Source: Candidatus Micrarchaeota archaeon | GTDB taxonomy: Archaea; B1Sed10-29; B47-G15 | Direction of reading: 5' to 3' | NCBI GenBank assembly: GCA_003660975.1 | Contig: QMVG01000010.1 | Span: forward strand, 1 to 15,827 | Length of the DNA: 15,827 nt | In this document: piece by piece, positions 15,051-15,827 of the stretch | Layout of the letters: every line of letters begins with the position of its first letter | How positions within the stretch are numbered: the stretch's first letter is position 1 | Made by a program: the position numbers and the translations under genes | The notes under the pieces: generated by a model | What the model was told of the DNA's origin: nothing | Seen by the model: the letters and a program-made list of their open reading frames with translations, nothing else | Database searches by the model: none

Positions 15051-15827
15051 GCATGATTCAGATACAGACCACGAGTGTTTGTCCTGGAAGGTGTATCGTT
15101 TGTCCTTATAACGACAGTTGGTTACGAAAGGCTCATGGTTATATGAGCGATGAGGATTATATCCATGTCTTAGAGGAGGTTAAGTCCTATCTTGGTGATT
15201 ACAAAGAAAAGCTTCCGCTCTACTTGATGAATGATCCATTTGCAGACAAGAAAATAATTGAGCGAATGGAGTTAGCTTATCAGTATTTCCCTAAATGCAA
15301 ATTAGAGTTGTCCACCAATGGTCTACTCCTTACTGAGAAGTTATCAAAGCGAATCGTGGAGACTGTGACTCATTATAATGGTGAAGATACTTTTGAACTT
15401 TGGATTTCTTTACATGGAGTAAGTAAGAAAACGTGGGAGTTCCTCAACAATTTACAGGGTAAATTTGAAAGAGTCCTCAAGAACATTGTTATATATCTTA
15501 AGATAAATAATGGTCAGCTTAGAACAGTCATTAACTCAGCGGGAGGAGCGTCTCGTGATGGTTCTATGTTCTTTTATTCCCAGAGTGCTTGGAAACAATT
15601 CCTAAACTCTATATTTCAAACTTATAACCTTCCATTAGACAACGTTCATTTGCGATACTATACTTTTCATAACAGAGCTGGAAACGTAAGGCTATGTAAT
15701 TGGGATGGAACAGAGTACTATCGAGAAATAGGTCCCGAGTATCCTTTTGAGTGCTGGCGTTTTAGAAGTGGTATTCACATTCTTTACAATTTAGACGTGA
15801 TAGCCTGTTGCATGGATTGGAACAGAG
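15035..15827 (+). CDS. Radical SAM protein with start of a SPASM/twitch-like domain (3'-truncated; not in the supplied ORF track)
   Basis: Manual translation from ATG 15035 (AGGAG upstream): MDSKISMIQIQTTSVCPGRCIVCPY, with CxxxCxxC at 15080-15103. Then LYLMNDPFAD, LSTNGLLL, WISLHG, FHNRAGNV, ECWRF...ILYNLDVIACCMDW. No stop before the window end. Confidence 0.9.
   Translation, partial: MDSKISMIQIQTTSVCPGRCIVCPYNDSWLRKAHGYMSDEDYIHVLEEVKSYLGDYKEKLPLYLMNDPFADKKIIERMELAYQYFPKCKLELSTNGLLLTEKLSKRIVETVTHYNGEDTFELWISLHGVSKKTWEFLNNLQGKFERVLKNIVIYLKINNGQLRTVINSAGGASRDGSMFFYSQSAWKQFLNSIFQTYNLPLDNVHLRYYTFHNRAGNVRLCNWDGTEYYREIGPEYPFECWRFRSGIHILYNLDVIACCMDWNR

Larger units (their letters stand above)
1..15827 (+). 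mobile_element. Segment of a tailed dsDNA virus/provirus (HK97-type head module, accessory block and fibre genes), probably archaeal host
   Basis: Canonical order terminase-portal-protease-capsid; all genes on + strand with overlaps or short gaps; fibre-like genes downstream. No integrase or att site is visible, so free virus and provirus cannot be distinguished. Confidence 0.92.

Noticed and set aside
1-15827. CRISPR array, tRNA/rRNA genes, integrase/att sites, DGR template-variable repeat pair
   Set aside because: The window is almost fully coding with gaps of about 35 nt or less. By eye I saw no spaced direct repeats, cloverleaf, recombinase, reverse transcriptase or near-identical DNA repeat pair.

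Overview
The whole window is one co-oriented (+ strand), tightly packed gene block from a tailed dsDNA virus or provirus (Caudoviricetes, HK97-type head). The host is probably archaeal, inferred from GGTG/GGAG-type ribosome-binding sites, an intein and a DUF2341-type fibre protein. Gene order: terminase large subunit (5'-truncated), portal, prohead protease, major capsid protein. Where neck and tail-tube genes would normally follow there is instead a ~6.1 kb accessory block: a signal-peptide protein, a papain-like C1 peptidase, a degenerate metallo-beta-lactamase-fold/ATP-dependent DNA ligase fusion, an ASCH-like protein, and a LigD-type 3'-phosphoesterase-like protein. The last carries a zinc-finger mini-intein next to its active-site motif. 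After this come a large DUF2341/BNR-propeller/20-aa-repeat fibre protein, two small fibre-associated proteins, a small membrane protein, a GT2 glycosyltransferase and a radical SAM protein that runs off the 3' edge and is missing from the ORF track. The most interesting feature is an apparent virus-encoded nucleic-acid end-healing/end-sealing module (ligase + ASCH + Zn ribbon + phosphoesterase) inside the virion morphogenesis operon. Its Zn ribbon is split across a -1 frame change. All calls come from motif reading by eye; no database searches were run.
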